Shown here one piece after another: positions 7,461 to 16,912 of a DNA stretch of 32,000 bases; the first letter of the stretch is position 1, and each line of letters begins with the position of its first letter. The DNA lies in assembly GCF_000007985.2 (NCBI RefSeq), contig NC_002939.5:3750001-3782000 (forward strand). The letters are read 5' to 3'. A model generated the notes under the pieces. The model saw nothing but the letters and a program-made list of their open reading frames with translations, was not told the DNA's origin and searched no databases. The DNA is from Geobacter sulfurreducens PCA (GTDB lineage: Bacteria > Desulfobacterota > Desulfuromonadia > Geobacterales > Geobacteraceae). A program made the translations under genes and the position numbers.

Positions 7461-8879
7461 GTGCGCATCCTCTTCGTTCACCCCCACGGCAGCAACTGGA
7501 TGGGTGCCGGCAACGACATCACCGCCATCTTCAACCTCATGCCCCCCCTGGGGATGTTGAGCATCGCCGCGTTTCTGGAGGCGCGGGGCATGGAGGTGGA
7601 AATCATCGACTGCTACGGTACCGGCCGACGGGGACGGGACCTGGTGGATGAGATCGTCCGCCGGCGACCCGACGCAGTCGGGTTTTCCTGCACCACCTCG
7701 TCGTTTCTCGAAGGGTACGCCCTGGCCGAGGGACTCAAGGAGTTGCTCCCGGACATCCCGGTGATCTTCGGCGGCGCCCACGCCTGTTCGGTGGGGGTGA
7801 GCCTTCTGGACCGGTTCCCGGCCATCGACTACCTGGTTCTGGGCGAAGGGGAACAGACCCTGTACGAACTTGCTGCCGCGAGCTTTCGCAATGTGGAGAA
7901 AATTCCCGGCGTCGGCTACCGCCGTGACGGCGTCGGCACCCTCTCTGCGGCCCGGGAGCTCATCGCCGACCTGGACACCCTTCCCTTTCCGGCCTACCAC
8001 CGGCTTCCCGACTTCCCCCGGCGCTACACCCTGCCCCTGTTCAGCTACCCCAAGGCTCCCAACACCAGTGTCATTTCGAGCCGCGGATGTCCCTACCAGT
8101 GCTCCTACTGTGACCGGTCGGTCTTCAGCCGGGGCTTCCGCTTCAACTCGTCCGAGTACATTGTGGAGCACCTGGCCTACCTCAACCGGGACTTCGGCAT
8201 CCGCCACGTCTTTTTCTACGACGATCTTTTCACCGCCGACCGGGGCCGCGTGGCCCGCTTCTGCCAGTTGAAGGAGGCACGACGACTGCCGGTGACCTAC
8301 AACTGCATCGCCCGCCTCGAACATGTGGATGCCGAGTTGTTGGCGCTGCTGAAGCGTTCGGGCTGCTGGCAGGTGAATTTCGGCATTGAGTCCGGCGATC
8401 CGGAGGTGATCAAAAAGCACCGGAAGTACTACGGACTCGACGAGGTGCAGACCAAGCTGGCCATGGTCCGCCGGGCTGGGATGCGGGTGAAGGGGCTGTT
8501 CATGCTGGGGCTGCCGGGAGAGTCGGCGGAATCCATCCGCCGGACCATCGATTATGCCCTGATGCTGCCCCTGGACGAGATCAACGTGACCAAGTTTACC
8601 CCCTTCCCCGGCGCGCCCATCTACGGGGGCATCAGGGAACAGGGGGAGTTCGACGAGAACTGGCCTCTCATGAACTGTATGAATTTCGTCTTCGTGCCCA
8701 CGGGGATGAGCCGGGACCAACTGGAGGAGCTCTACAACGAGTTCATCCGGCGCTTCTACCGCCGGACCCGCATCCACTGGGGATACACGCAGATGCTCTG
8801 GAAGTCGCCCGACAGCATCCTCAGATTCCTGCGCCACCTGCCGGAGATTCTGGCCTTCGAGATGAAGCAGAAGTGGTAA
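7461..8879 (+). CDS. B12-binding-domain radical SAM protein (class B rSAM)
   Basis: CPYQCSYC (CxxxCxxC) cluster after an N-terminal B12-binding-like domain that begins (V/M)RILFVHPHG. I prefer GTG 7461 (SD GAGGA 4 nt upstream); the alternative is TTG 7407 as in the ORF track. Confidence 0.9.
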   Translation: MRILFVHPHGSNWMGAGNDITAIFNLMPPLGMLSIAAFLEARGMEVEIIDCYGTGRRGRDLVDEIVRRRPDAVGFSCTTSSFLEGYALAEGLKELLPDIPVIFGGAHACSVGVSLLDRFPAIDYLVLGEGEQTLYELAAASFRNVEKIPGVGYRRDGVGTLSAARELIADLDTLPFPAYHRLPDFPRRYTLPLFSYPKAPNTSVISSRGCPYQCSYCDRSVFSRGFRFNSSEYIVEHLAYLNRDFGIRHVFFYDDLFTADRGRVARFCQLKEARRLPVTYNCIARLEHVDAELLALLKRSGCWQVNFGIESGDPEVIKKHRKYYGLDEVQTKLAMVRRAGMRVKGLFMLGLPGESAESIRRTIDYALMLPLDEINVTKFTPFPGAPIYGGIREQGEFDENWPLMNCMNFVFVPTGMSRDQLEELYNEFIRRFYRRTRIHWGYTQMLWKSPDSILRFLRHLPEILAFEMKQKW

Positions 8880-8911
8880 AGGTGATGCGGCAAGGCATCA
8901 GCGAGGTGTCC

Positions 8912-9502
8912 ATGAAACGTTACGCTATGATCCTGCTCCTGGTGGCAGGCCAGTTGCTCTCGGCAGGCGCCGGACATGGAGAAGAGCCGGCCGTGCGGAC
9001 CGCATCCGGCGAGTTCGCCATCCTGGGGGGCTATGGCATCACCCACCGGGGGTTCGGCGCCACCCGCACCCAGGTGGAAACGGTGGATGCCATCCTGCGC
9101 TACGGGCACTTCCTCTCGGGAGAGCTGGGCACCGGCCGCTGGTTCCAGGGGCGCCACGAACTGCTGGTGGAAGTGCCGCTCCACCTGACCCTGGACCCGC
9201 GCGTGCGGACCATGACCGGCGGCTACCTCCTGGGCAGCTGGAAATTCACCTCCCTTGAGGGGCTGGCCCCCTATGTCTTCGCCGGCGGCGGCATCCTCTA
9301 CAACGACCTGGGACTCGACACCCAGGGGACGCGGCTCAATTTTTCCTACCAGGGGGGGACGGGGCTCCAGTGGTTCGTGCGGCCGGACACGGCCCTGGGA
9401 ATCGAGTACCGCTATCACCACGTCTCCAACGCCGGCACCGCCGAACCCAACGAGCCTCTGAATTCGAGCAAGTTTCTGCTGGGGGTATCGGTCTACCGGT
9501 AG
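8912..9502 (+). CDS. PagL-like acyloxyacyl hydrolase / lipid A 3-O-deacylase family outer-membrane beta-barrel
   Basis: Signal peptide MKRYAMILLLVAGQLLSAGA. Alternating beta-strand pattern. C-terminal YRYHHVSNAG...E (His-x-Ser-Asn catalytic-type motif), ending LLGVSVYR. Start chosen at ATG 8912, not 8873. Confidence 0.75.
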   Translation: MKRYAMILLLVAGQLLSAGAGHGEEPAVRTASGEFAILGGYGITHRGFGATRTQVETVDAILRYGHFLSGELGTGRWFQGRHELLVEVPLHLTLDPRVRTMTGGYLLGSWKFTSLEGLAPYVFAGGGILYNDLGLDTQGTRLNFSYQGGTGLQWFVRPDTALGIEYRYHHVSNAGTAEPNEPLNSSKFLLGVSVYR

Positions 9503-9509
9503 GTACGCC

Positions 9510-11039
9510 ATGAACAGAAGGGACTTCCTTAAAACCGCCGGACTGACCGGCATCGCCCTGGGGCTCCCCGGCTGCGCCCGGAGCCTCCCCTTCGGCCGGG
9601 ACGTCTTTCCCGACTTCGGTGACGATGCCCGCCCCTACCTGGGGCTTGCCACGTCGCTGCGGGAGGAGCACGACTACGAGGCCCGGGTGGAAGGAACCAT
9701 CCCCGCGGGGCTGCGCGGCACCCTCTACCGCAACGGCCCGGCCCTCTTCGATCGGGGTGGGATGCGCAAGCGGACCCTCCTGGACGGGGACGGCATGGTG
9801 CAGGCGTTCCGTTTCGGCGACCGTGGGATCAGATATGCGAACCGCTTCGTGCGGACCCGGAAATTCGTGGAAGAAGAGGCTGCCGGCCGCTTCCTCCATC
9901 CCACCTGGAGCACCCAGGCCCCCGGCGGAATCTGGACCAACGTCTGGCCCACGGAGCGGCTCCTGAGCCAGGCGGGGATTACGGTCTTCCCGTGGCGGGG
10001 ACGGCTTTACGCCTTCGACGAATCATCTTTCCCCTACGAACTGGACCCGGATACCCTGGCAACCGTGGGCGAAACCACCTTTGGCCTGCCGCGCGACCTC
10101 ACCACTTACTCGGCCCATGGCAAGTTCGACCCGGTCACGGGAGAATGGCTCCACTTCGGCATCCGCTACGGCCCCCGAACCTTTGTCCACCTGACCACCT
10201 TCAATGCGGACGGCACCCTCCGCCGCCACCGGGCCCTGGAGCTTCCCCGCGCGATCTACATGCACGACTGGTTCGTAACCGAGCGCCACGTGGTGTTCCA
10301 CCTCCACCCGGTGGAAATCGCCTACTGGCCCTTCCTGCTCGGCATCCGGAGCATGGCCGAATCCCTCCGCTGGCGCCCCGAACGGGGAACGATCCTCATG
10401 GTGGCGGAGCGGGACGGCGAGGCGCCGCCACGCCTGGTGGAAACCGAGGCATGCTATCTCTGGCACACCTTCAACGCGTGGGAAGAACGAGGGAAAATCA
10501 CTGCCGACTTCGTGGGGTACCGCAACCCGGACCATTTCATCAGCGACGATCCGGTCATAACCGCGGTCATGCTGGGACGGCGGGGAACCTATTCCTATCC
10601 CGGCGAGGTCATGCGCTACCGGATCGATCCGGCCAGGGGAACGGCCGCCCGCGAGGTGCTCCATCAGGGGAGCTGCGAGTGGCCCCGCATCGACGAGCGG
10701 CTCCGTTGCCGCCCACACCGCACGGGGTACATGCTCCGCTGCCTTCCCGGCGAATTCTTTTGGTCAATCGTCATGGGGCTCGACCCGGTTACCGGCCGCA
10801 CCGACGAGTACAGCTTCGGCCGGGGCGTCTACTGCACCGAGCCGGTCTTCGCGCCGCGGCCCGACACCCTCGCCGGCGGCCCCGGCTGGCTCCTGGTCGA
10901 ACTCTATGACAGCCGCACCCGCACCAGTTCACTGGCCATCCTCGACGCCGACAGGATCGCCGATGGCCCCCTGGCCCTCGTTCGACTCACCCACCACGTC
11001 CCCTTCAGTTACCACGGCTGGTGGCAGCCTGCTTCTTAG
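9510..11039 (+). CDS. Carotenoid oxygenase (RPE65/CCD/lignostilbene dioxygenase) family enzyme with a Tat signal, possibly a lipoprotein
   Basis: Twin-arginine motif NRRDFLK followed by LPGC. Four His contexts typical of the family: SAHGKFDP, MHDWFVTE, WHTFNAWEE, YHGWW. Confidence 0.9.
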   Translation: MNRRDFLKTAGLTGIALGLPGCARSLPFGRDVFPDFGDDARPYLGLATSLREEHDYEARVEGTIPAGLRGTLYRNGPALFDRGGMRKRTLLDGDGMVQAFRFGDRGIRYANRFVRTRKFVEEEAAGRFLHPTWSTQAPGGIWTNVWPTERLLSQAGITVFPWRGRLYAFDESSFPYELDPDTLATVGETTFGLPRDLTTYSAHGKFDPVTGEWLHFGIRYGPRTFVHLTTFNADGTLRRHRALELPRAIYMHDWFVTERHVVFHLHPVEIAYWPFLLGIRSMAESLRWRPERGTILMVAERDGEAPPRLVETEACYLWHTFNAWEERGKITADFVGYRNPDHFISDDPVITAVMLGRRGTYSYPGEVMRYRIDPARGTAAREVLHQGSCEWPRIDERLRCRPHRTGYMLRCLPGEFFWSIVMGLDPVTGRTDEYSFGRGVYCTEPVFAPRPDTLAGGPGWLLVELYDSRTRTSSLAILDADRIADGPLALVRLTHHVPFSYHGWWQPAS

Positions 11040-11053
11040 CACCTGCTGACGGT

Positions 11054-12526
11054 TCAATGGGCAGGAAAGAACTGCAGCACCCGCTCCAGCCCACTCCCTA
11101 CGGCACGTGCGGGGGGAGCGGGAGTGGCATCGGGGAACTGCTTCAGCCGCTTGGCAAGCGCCTGCCGGGTTATGCCGAGCATGGCCGCCGCCAGGGTCTG
11201 ATTGCCCCGGGCGCGCCGGACCGCCTCCATGACCAGCCTGTGCCCTCCCTCTTCAAGGGTCGGCAGCCGCTCGGGGAAAATGATCTCCGCATCGGGCGCC
11301 GGGGACGGCAGGTCCGTGCTGTAACCGATCTTCTCCTTGAAGCTGTCCAAGGACAGGACATGGGAGCGATGGCGGCTCACCGCATCGTAGATCATGGCCC
11401 GCAATTCGCGGATGTTCCCCGGAAAAGAGTAGATGGACAGGAGCGTTGCCAGCTCCCGGGGTGGGGTGGGGCGACGTTTACCCAGGGTATCAGCGGCTTC
11501 CGAGAGGAAATGGTCGATGAGCAGCGGCAGGTCCTCGAACCGCTCCCGCAGGGGAGGAATCTGGACCTGGTGAGCGTTGAGACGGAAGTAGAGGTCCTTG
11601 CGGAACCCGTTGGAACCGTTCTTGCCGCTCAGGTCGTGGTTGGTGGCGAACACGAGCCTGGCCCGGAGCTTGCGGGGAGTGTCCGAACCGATGGGGAAAA
11701 ATTCCCCCTCCTGGAGGAGCCGGAGCAGCTTCACCTGGGAGGCATGGCTCAGGTCCCCTATTTCGTCCAGAAAGAGGGTACCGCCGGCGGCCTCTTCGAT
11801 CATGCCGCGCCGCTCGCGCTCGGCGCCGGTAAACGCGCCGCGGGCGTGCCCGAACAGAGTGTCTGCAAAGATGGTATCGTCGAGCCCCGCCGCGTTTACC
11901 GCCACCCAGGGACCGCCGGGGCAGCGGATGCGGTGGACGGCGCGGGCGATGAGCTCCTTGCCGACTCCGCTTTCACCGGTGATCAGGATCGGTTCGCTGC
12001 TCTGGGCCACGGCCTCGCAGTACTGGAAGACCGCCCGCATCTTCTTGCTGGCGGTCATGATTTCCGCAAAAGCCTCCGGATGAGCCAGGTGGTCTTCCAG
12101 GAACCGCGCCTTGAGGCTGCGATTTTCGTTGCGCATCTCCTGCATGGAGAACGCCCGCTGGATGCCGGTGATGAGGCGCTCCTTCTCCACGGTCTTCACG
12201 TAGTAATCGAAGGCTCCCAACTGCATGCAGCGCACAGCCGTTTCCACCTGGTTCAGTCCGCTCAGGACGATCACCGGAATGTCCGGATATTCTTGGCCGA
12301 TCATCTGCAGCAGGTCTGTGCCGGAGAAGTAGGGCATGGTCAGGTCGAGCAGAATCAGGCTCACCTCGGTCTCGCGCAGAATATCCATCACCTGCCTGCT
12401 ATCGGAGCATTTGATGATATTATCAATGCCGGTGGCTTCCCGTAGCGTGAGCGACAGGCTGCGCAACCACGCAGCCTCATCGTCAACCAGCAGGATGGGC
12501 TTGGGGGGGTACTTTTCCGGGCTCAT
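11054..12526 (-). CDS. Sigma-54-dependent response regulator (NtrC family: REC + AAA+ + Fis-type HTH)
   Basis: Receiver LILLDLTMP, Walker A GESGVGKE, GAFTGA loop, C-terminal HTH LGITRQALAKRLKQ. The ATG overlaps the kinase stop (ATGA). Confidence 0.95.
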   Translation of the reverse strand: MSPEKYPPKPILLVDDEAAWLRSLSLTLREATGIDNIIKCSDSRQVMDILRETEVSLILLDLTMPYFSGTDLLQMIGQEYPDIPVIVLSGLNQVETAVRCMQLGAFDYYVKTVEKERLITGIQRAFSMQEMRNENRSLKARFLEDHLAHPEAFAEIMTASKKMRAVFQYCEAVAQSSEPILITGESGVGKELIARAVHRIRCPGGPWVAVNAAGLDDTIFADTLFGHARGAFTGAERERRGMIEEAAGGTLFLDEIGDLSHASQVKLLRLLQEGEFFPIGSDTPRKLRARLVFATNHDLSGKNGSNGFRKDLYFRLNAHQVQIPPLRERFEDLPLLIDHFLSEAADTLGKRRPTPPRELATLLSIYSFPGNIRELRAMIYDAVSRHRSHVLSLDSFKEKIGYSTDLPSPAPDAEIIFPERLPTLEEGGHRLVMEAVRRARGNQTLAAAMLGITRQALAKRLKQFPDATPAPPARAVGSGLERVLQFFPAH

Positions 12527-14847
12527 GCGGCAATAACCTCCTTTTCGGCCGGCAGGGACAGGGTAGCCGTTGTCCCGGCTCCCGGGACGGACTGGAATTC
12601 GAGTGTGCCGCCATAACTTCTGACGATGCGCATGCAGATCGACAGACCGAGACCCGTGCCGCCGGTTTCGCGCTTTGTGGTGAAGAACGGATCGGTGATG
12701 CGGGGAAGGACCTCCGGGGGAATCCCCTGCCCCTCGTCGCGCACCTGAATCGTGTAGACCCCATGGATAAGGTCGTAGCCGGTGCTGACGGTGATCCCTT
12801 TCGTTTTGTCCTGGAGGGACTGGCAGGCGTTCATGATCAGGTTGACCACTACCTGCTCGATCCGTTGGATGCTTCCCTCGAAGGAAGGGAGGCCAGGGGC
12901 CAGCTCCAGCGCGAAATGGTCGGTGGCATTTTTAATGGCATTGCCCACCAAGCGGACCGAGGCCCGGACCGCCTCGTTCAGGTCCACAGGCTCGCACTGG
13001 TCGGCGCCGTCGCCGCGGGCGAAGTCCTTGAGGTCATCCACGATCCGCTTGATGCGGCCGGCGCCCTCTTCCATCTCCGTCAGCAGGAGTGGCAGCTCCT
13101 CGCTCATTTCCGACCAGGGGATCCCCCCGATCGCCAACTCGCTCTGCCGGTCAACGCGATCCAGCAGCAGGGGGATTGCTTCCCGGCACACCTTTTTGAC
13201 CAGGTCCACGTTAAGCAGGATCACCGCATTGGGGTTGTTGATCTCGTGAGCCACGCCGGCTGCCAGCTCACCCAGCGATGCGAGCCGGCTCGTCCTGACC
13301 GTTTCCTCCAGAAGACGGACTTTGTCGGAGATGTCGCTGGCCAGCATGATGACGTGGCTCACCGTCTCCGACCCCTCCCTGACCGGGAATGCCTTCACCT
13401 CAAGGGTCCTGCCGTCGGGCGTGGTAATGGTGGATTCCTCGTTCTCGCCCGACTCGAAAGCCCTCACCGCCGGACAGTTATCACAGAGAGTGGTGCGGTT
13501 GTAGAGCATCTCGCAACAGTATTCGCCGGGCACGGTCCGCAACGGCGCCCCAAAGGGATCACCGGCCACCTTGTTGGACCAGACCACCTTCATGTCGTGG
13601 GAAATGAGGGTGAGACTGTCGGGGATGCCGTCCAGAATGATCCCGAACTGCCGGGAAAGCTGCCGGTAGTTCTGCTCGCTCTGGCGCAGTCTGAGCTCGG
13701 CCCGGCGGCGGAGCAGGATGCTCCAGGTGAGCAGCAGGGTGATGCTCAGGGAGCCGAGCAGAATCGCGACAGACCAGAGAAACTGGGACTTGCTCAGGTT
13801 GTAGAACGGCTTGGGTCCGTTGACCAGAATGTGCTTTGGCGGCAGGTGCCGGGGAGATATCCCGAGTCGCTGCAGTTCCTCGTAGTCAAAGGTCGGTACG
13901 GTGATGACCGATTGCTCCACCGGAATATCGGCCACCGGCTCCCCATGAAGCACTCGCAGTGCCGTCCGCGCGGCAATTCGCCCCTGCTCGTGCACATCCA
14001 CGAACGGCCCCCCCACGATCCCCTCGCCGAGAAAAACGTTCCAGAAGCTGTAGAGGGGAAGCCCCCCCTGCCGCAGCAGGCCTGTCTGCTCGTGGAACGA
14101 GAGAAGATTCCCCGAACGGTCGCGAATCGACCCGTTGATGAGGATTACGGCCCCGCGGACAGGGGACTGGAGTCGTGCGATGATCTCCTCGGCCGACAGG
14201 TCATTCCAGTAATCGAACGTTACCCGCCCCGCGAATGCCTGGCTTGCCGCCATGAGTCGCTGGGTATTAAGGCGATCCGTCAGCTCACGGGTGCCGCCGA
14301 TGACGATCATTCTGGTCGTGCCGGGATGAAGCGCCAGAGCCTGCCTGATGACTCCCGTAAAATCGGGATCGGCCCTGACGCCCGTATGCCAGGCCGAGGC
14401 GGTGGGGAGCGGATCGGGGCCGACGGTTGCGCAGGATACGATAGGTGCACCGCGGAACAGGTCACGACGATTGGCGAGAGCGTAGTCGAGCGCCTCGTTA
14501 CCGGATGCGATCACCAGATTGAATGACCGTTGCCGCAGCTTGTGGTGCAACACCGCGTCGAACATGCGGGAAACCTGGGCGGACTGCCGGTGGCGCTTCA
14601 CATCGAGATATTCCACGTCCATGTGAATCCGTTCGAAGGAATTCGACAGCACATCCTGGATTCCCGCCATGACCTGGTCGGTCCACGGATACCCGGGGTG
14701 ATAGGAATGGAGCACCAGGATGTGGTTGGCCGCCCGCGCCTCGTAGTCGGCGCTTGCCGGAACGGAATACACCCCAACGAGCATAATGACCGGCCACAGG
14801 CGCGACAATACACAAACGAAACAGCGCAATCCCACCAATCGAAACAT
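12523..14847 (-). CDS. Sensor histidine kinase with a periplasmic ABC-substrate-binding-like domain, TM, PAS, HisKA and HATPase
   Basis: N-terminal TM, then ILVLHSYHPGYPWTD (typical of ABC_sub_bind sensor domains), a second TM, a PAS region, H-box VAHEINNP, G-boxes DEGQGIP and GGTGLGLSI. Confidence 0.92.
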   Translation of the reverse strand: MFRLVGLRCFVCVLSRLWPVIMLVGVYSVPASADYEARAANHILVLHSYHPGYPWTDQVMAGIQDVLSNSFERIHMDVEYLDVKRHRQSAQVSRMFDAVLHHKLRQRSFNLVIASGNEALDYALANRRDLFRGAPIVSCATVGPDPLPTASAWHTGVRADPDFTGVIRQALALHPGTTRMIVIGGTRELTDRLNTQRLMAASQAFAGRVTFDYWNDLSAEEIIARLQSPVRGAVILINGSIRDRSGNLLSFHEQTGLLRQGGLPLYSFWNVFLGEGIVGGPFVDVHEQGRIAARTALRVLHGEPVADIPVEQSVITVPTFDYEELQRLGISPRHLPPKHILVNGPKPFYNLSKSQFLWSVAILLGSLSITLLLTWSILLRRRAELRLRQSEQNYRQLSRQFGIILDGIPDSLTLISHDMKVVWSNKVAGDPFGAPLRTVPGEYCCEMLYNRTTLCDNCPAVRAFESGENEESTITTPDGRTLEVKAFPVREGSETVSHVIMLASDISDKVRLLEETVRTSRLASLGELAAGVAHEINNPNAVILLNVDLVKKVCREAIPLLLDRVDRQSELAIGGIPWSEMSEELPLLLTEMEEGAGRIKRIVDDLKDFARGDGADQCEPVDLNEAVRASVRLVGNAIKNATDHFALELAPGLPSFEGSIQRIEQVVVNLIMNACQSLQDKTKGITVSTGYDLIHGVYTIQVRDEGQGIPPEVLPRITDPFFTTKRETGGTGLGLSICMRIVRSYGGTLEFQSVPGAGTTATLSLPAEKEVIAA

Positions 14848-14912
14848 AGAGCTCTCTCAGTAGCAACAATATCGCTAAATCAATGTATACAATCTAATCA
14901 GAAGACTTTATT

Positions 14913-14928
14913 AGCACTTTTTATTCCA
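14913..14928 (-). promoter_or_regulatory. Weak sigma-54-like -24/-12 candidate upstream of the kinase gene
   Basis: Minus strand reads TGGAAT-AAAAA-GTGCT. GG and GC are at the correct spacing, about 65 nt upstream of ATG 14847. Other positions are poor. Confidence 0.25.
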
Positions 14929-15212
14929 CAGAGCGTTCGGCCTCTTCGTTTATTCCTCCCATAAACACACCTATCAATCAATATAAGCGTTTTCCCCTCT
15001 CCACCGTTACCCGGCGGGATTCCCCCCGCAGAACGGAAAAACGCCAAATAACGGCACGAAATACCGCTACTGGCTCCAAATCTTTTTAATTTCATAATGT
15101 TAGCTATTTTACGTTTTTTAACGCACACTAATGCTATTTCACAACAAAGGACAGCCCTGGGGCCGCATGATTTTGGTTGGTCCCGGGAGAGGGGTATGGT
15201 ATGAGATAGGCC

Positions 15213-16136
15213 GTGGACACGTCTCTTTCTTTACGCAAACGTCTCAAGTGGCACCTGGGCGTCTTCGCGGCCATCGTCGCGACCCTGCCGGTGCTGCTGC
15301 TTCCCGCGCCGGTCGCCGTAGCCCTCGGGGGGGCAGCCGGCTCTCTCGCCTTCCGGCTCCTGGGCAAGGTGCGCCGGAACACCGTCACGAACATCAGGAA
15401 CGCGCTCCCCGCGCTCCAATCCATGGAAGGGTGGGATCCGGCAGCGGGCACGCCGGAGGAGATCGCCCGGCGCACCTTCGTCAACCTGGGGCGGACCGCC
15501 GTGGAGATCATCAAGCTCTGCTACGGACAGGGACAGGGGCTGGTGGAGGGGACGGAACTGCGGGGAATGGAGCACTACCTGCGGGCAAAGGAGCGGGGCA
15601 AGGGGGTCATTTTCATCACGGGGCACTGCGATAACTGGGAGATCGTGGCCCACGCCTTCGGCACCCATTCCGACGGCATGGCCGTGGTGGCCCGCCGCCA
15701 GAAGTACGAGCCGCTGACAAGGCTGCTTGAGCGGCTGCGCAACCGGCACGGCAACAGCGTCATCTACGCCGACGGCGCGGCACGACAGATCTTTTTCCGC
15801 TTGAGGAAGAACGGCGCCATCGGCCTGCTCATGGACCAGGCAGTCCATCCCAGCGAGGGAGAGCTGGTGGAATTTCTGGGGAAAAAGGCATGGACCACCA
15901 CCATGCCGGCCCTGTTGGCGGCCAAGACCGGCGCGGCCCTAGTCCCCGGATTCGGGAGGCGGGAGGGGAATCGTCACGTGCTGGAATTCTTCCCCGAGAT
16001 AGCACCCGACCCCGCCGGCGACCCCATCGCCACCACCAGGCTCCTCAACCGCGCCATCGAAGCCTACATCGTCCGCCACCCGGACCAGTGGCTCTGGGTC
16101 TATAACCGCTGGAAGCGAGTACCGGCGGAGCAGTAG
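15213..16136 (+). CDS. Lipid A biosynthesis (Kdo2-lipid IVA) late acyltransferase, LpxL/HtrB family
   Basis: N-terminal TM segment and HCDNWE (HX4D/E acyltransferase motif). Family-typical length of 307 aa. GTG start immediately after an in-frame TAG. Confidence 0.85.
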   Translation: MDTSLSLRKRLKWHLGVFAAIVATLPVLLLPAPVAVALGGAAGSLAFRLLGKVRRNTVTNIRNALPALQSMEGWDPAAGTPEEIARRTFVNLGRTAVEIIKLCYGQGQGLVEGTELRGMEHYLRAKERGKGVIFITGHCDNWEIVAHAFGTHSDGMAVVARRQKYEPLTRLLERLRNRHGNSVIYADGAARQIFFRLRKNGAIGLLMDQAVHPSEGELVEFLGKKAWTTTMPALLAAKTGAALVPGFGRREGNRHVLEFFPEIAPDPAGDPIATTRLLNRAIEAYIVRHPDQWLWVYNRWKRVPAEQ

Positions 16137-16155
16137 CCGCCCCGTATCCCCTGCG

Positions 16156-16184
16156 GCGATCCCGCGAGGTTGTCAACGGATCGC
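16156..16184. terminator. Hairpin GCGATCC-N15-GGATCGC between convergent genes, nested inside a longer imperfect inverted repeat
   Basis: 7-bp perfect stem. Outer imperfect GCCGCC...GGCGGC arms at about 16136-16203. No U-tract on either strand. Confidence 0.25.
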
Positions 16185-16208
16185 ACAACAGGGATGCGGC
16201 GGCGCAGG

Positions 16209-16901
16209 TCAGGCCGGGCGCCTCCCGGCAGCGGCCTTCAGTTTTTCCATGTCGAAGATCACCACGCGGCTCCCGTCCACCTCGATGAGCCCCTCCTCCT
16301 TCAGCTTGCGGAACGAACGGGACAGGGTCTCGCTCACCGTGCCCAGGCGTGACGCCAGTTCCCCCTTTTTCATATCCAGATCCAGGTAGGTCGTTCCCTG
16401 GAACGAGGTGGACTTGCGCTCGGCCAACTCTACCAGGTGGGCGGCCAGGCGCGCCGGCACCTCCGCGAAGGTGAGTTCCTCGATCTGCCGGGCAAAGCGG
16501 CGAAGCATCAGTGACAGCGACACGATCAGGTTCAGGGAGAAGCGCGGATTGCGCTCAAGCAGACCCATGAAGCCCTCGCGCGGGAAGAAGATCGCCTCCC
16601 CCTTCTCCACGGCCCGGGCCTCGGCGGGGTACTTGCCGTCGCCGAAGAAAGCAGCCTCGGCAAAGGTTTCGCCGGGATGAACAAAGTGGAGGACCTTCTC
16701 CTTGCCGTCGGGCGAGACCTTGCAGAGCTTCATGCTCCCCTGGGCCAGGAGGTAAAAGCCGTTTGCCGGCTCCCCTTCGGCAAAGACGGTTTCTCCCCGG
16801 GCAAAGGGGCGGCGGGCGGCAATGGCCGCCACTTCGGCCAGGTGGTTCTCGTCCAGGCCGGAAAAGAGAAGCGATTTCCTGAGGATGTCCCTGATGTCCA
16901 T
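16209..16901 (-). CDS. Crp/Fnr-family transcriptional regulator (cNMP-binding domain + HTH)
   Basis: 230 aa starting at MDIRDILRKSLLF (ATG 16901). The 424-aa ORF-track version is an artefactual extension through the upstream gene. HTH ELASRLGTVSETLSRSFRKL. No FNR-type N-terminal Cys cluster. Confidence 0.9.
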   Translation of the reverse strand: MDIRDILRKSLLFSGLDENHLAEVAAIAARRPFARGETVFAEGEPANGFYLLAQGSMKLCKVSPDGKEKVLHFVHPGETFAEAAFFGDGKYPAEARAVEKGEAIFFPREGFMGLLERNPRFSLNLIVSLSLMLRRFARQIEELTFAEVPARLAAHLVELAERKSTSFQGTTYLDLDMKKGELASRLGTVSETLSRSFRKLKEEGLIEVDGSRVVIFDMEKLKAAAGRRPA

Positions 16902-16912
16902 GAAAAGTCCTT

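Noticed and set aside
7401-8837. Long antisense or alternative-frame ORFs across the window. Examples: 7401..8837(-), 12763..14526(+), 5502..6908(+), 3734..5044(+), 22982..24268(+), 27107..28633(+), 27549..28691(-), 30747..31853(+), 19750..21066(+), 17060..18085(+).
   Set aside because: Each lies opposite to or out of frame with a gene that has clear family motifs. Their translations are low-complexity and rich in Arg/Gly/Pro/Ala. This is the usual stop-codon-poor artefact of high-GC DNA.
14970-14985. ATCAATCAAT in the kinase/lpxL intergenic region as a possible Crp/Fnr (TTGAT-N4-ATCAA) site.
   Set aside because: Only half-sites in direct orientation are present. There is no inverted partner at the required spacing.
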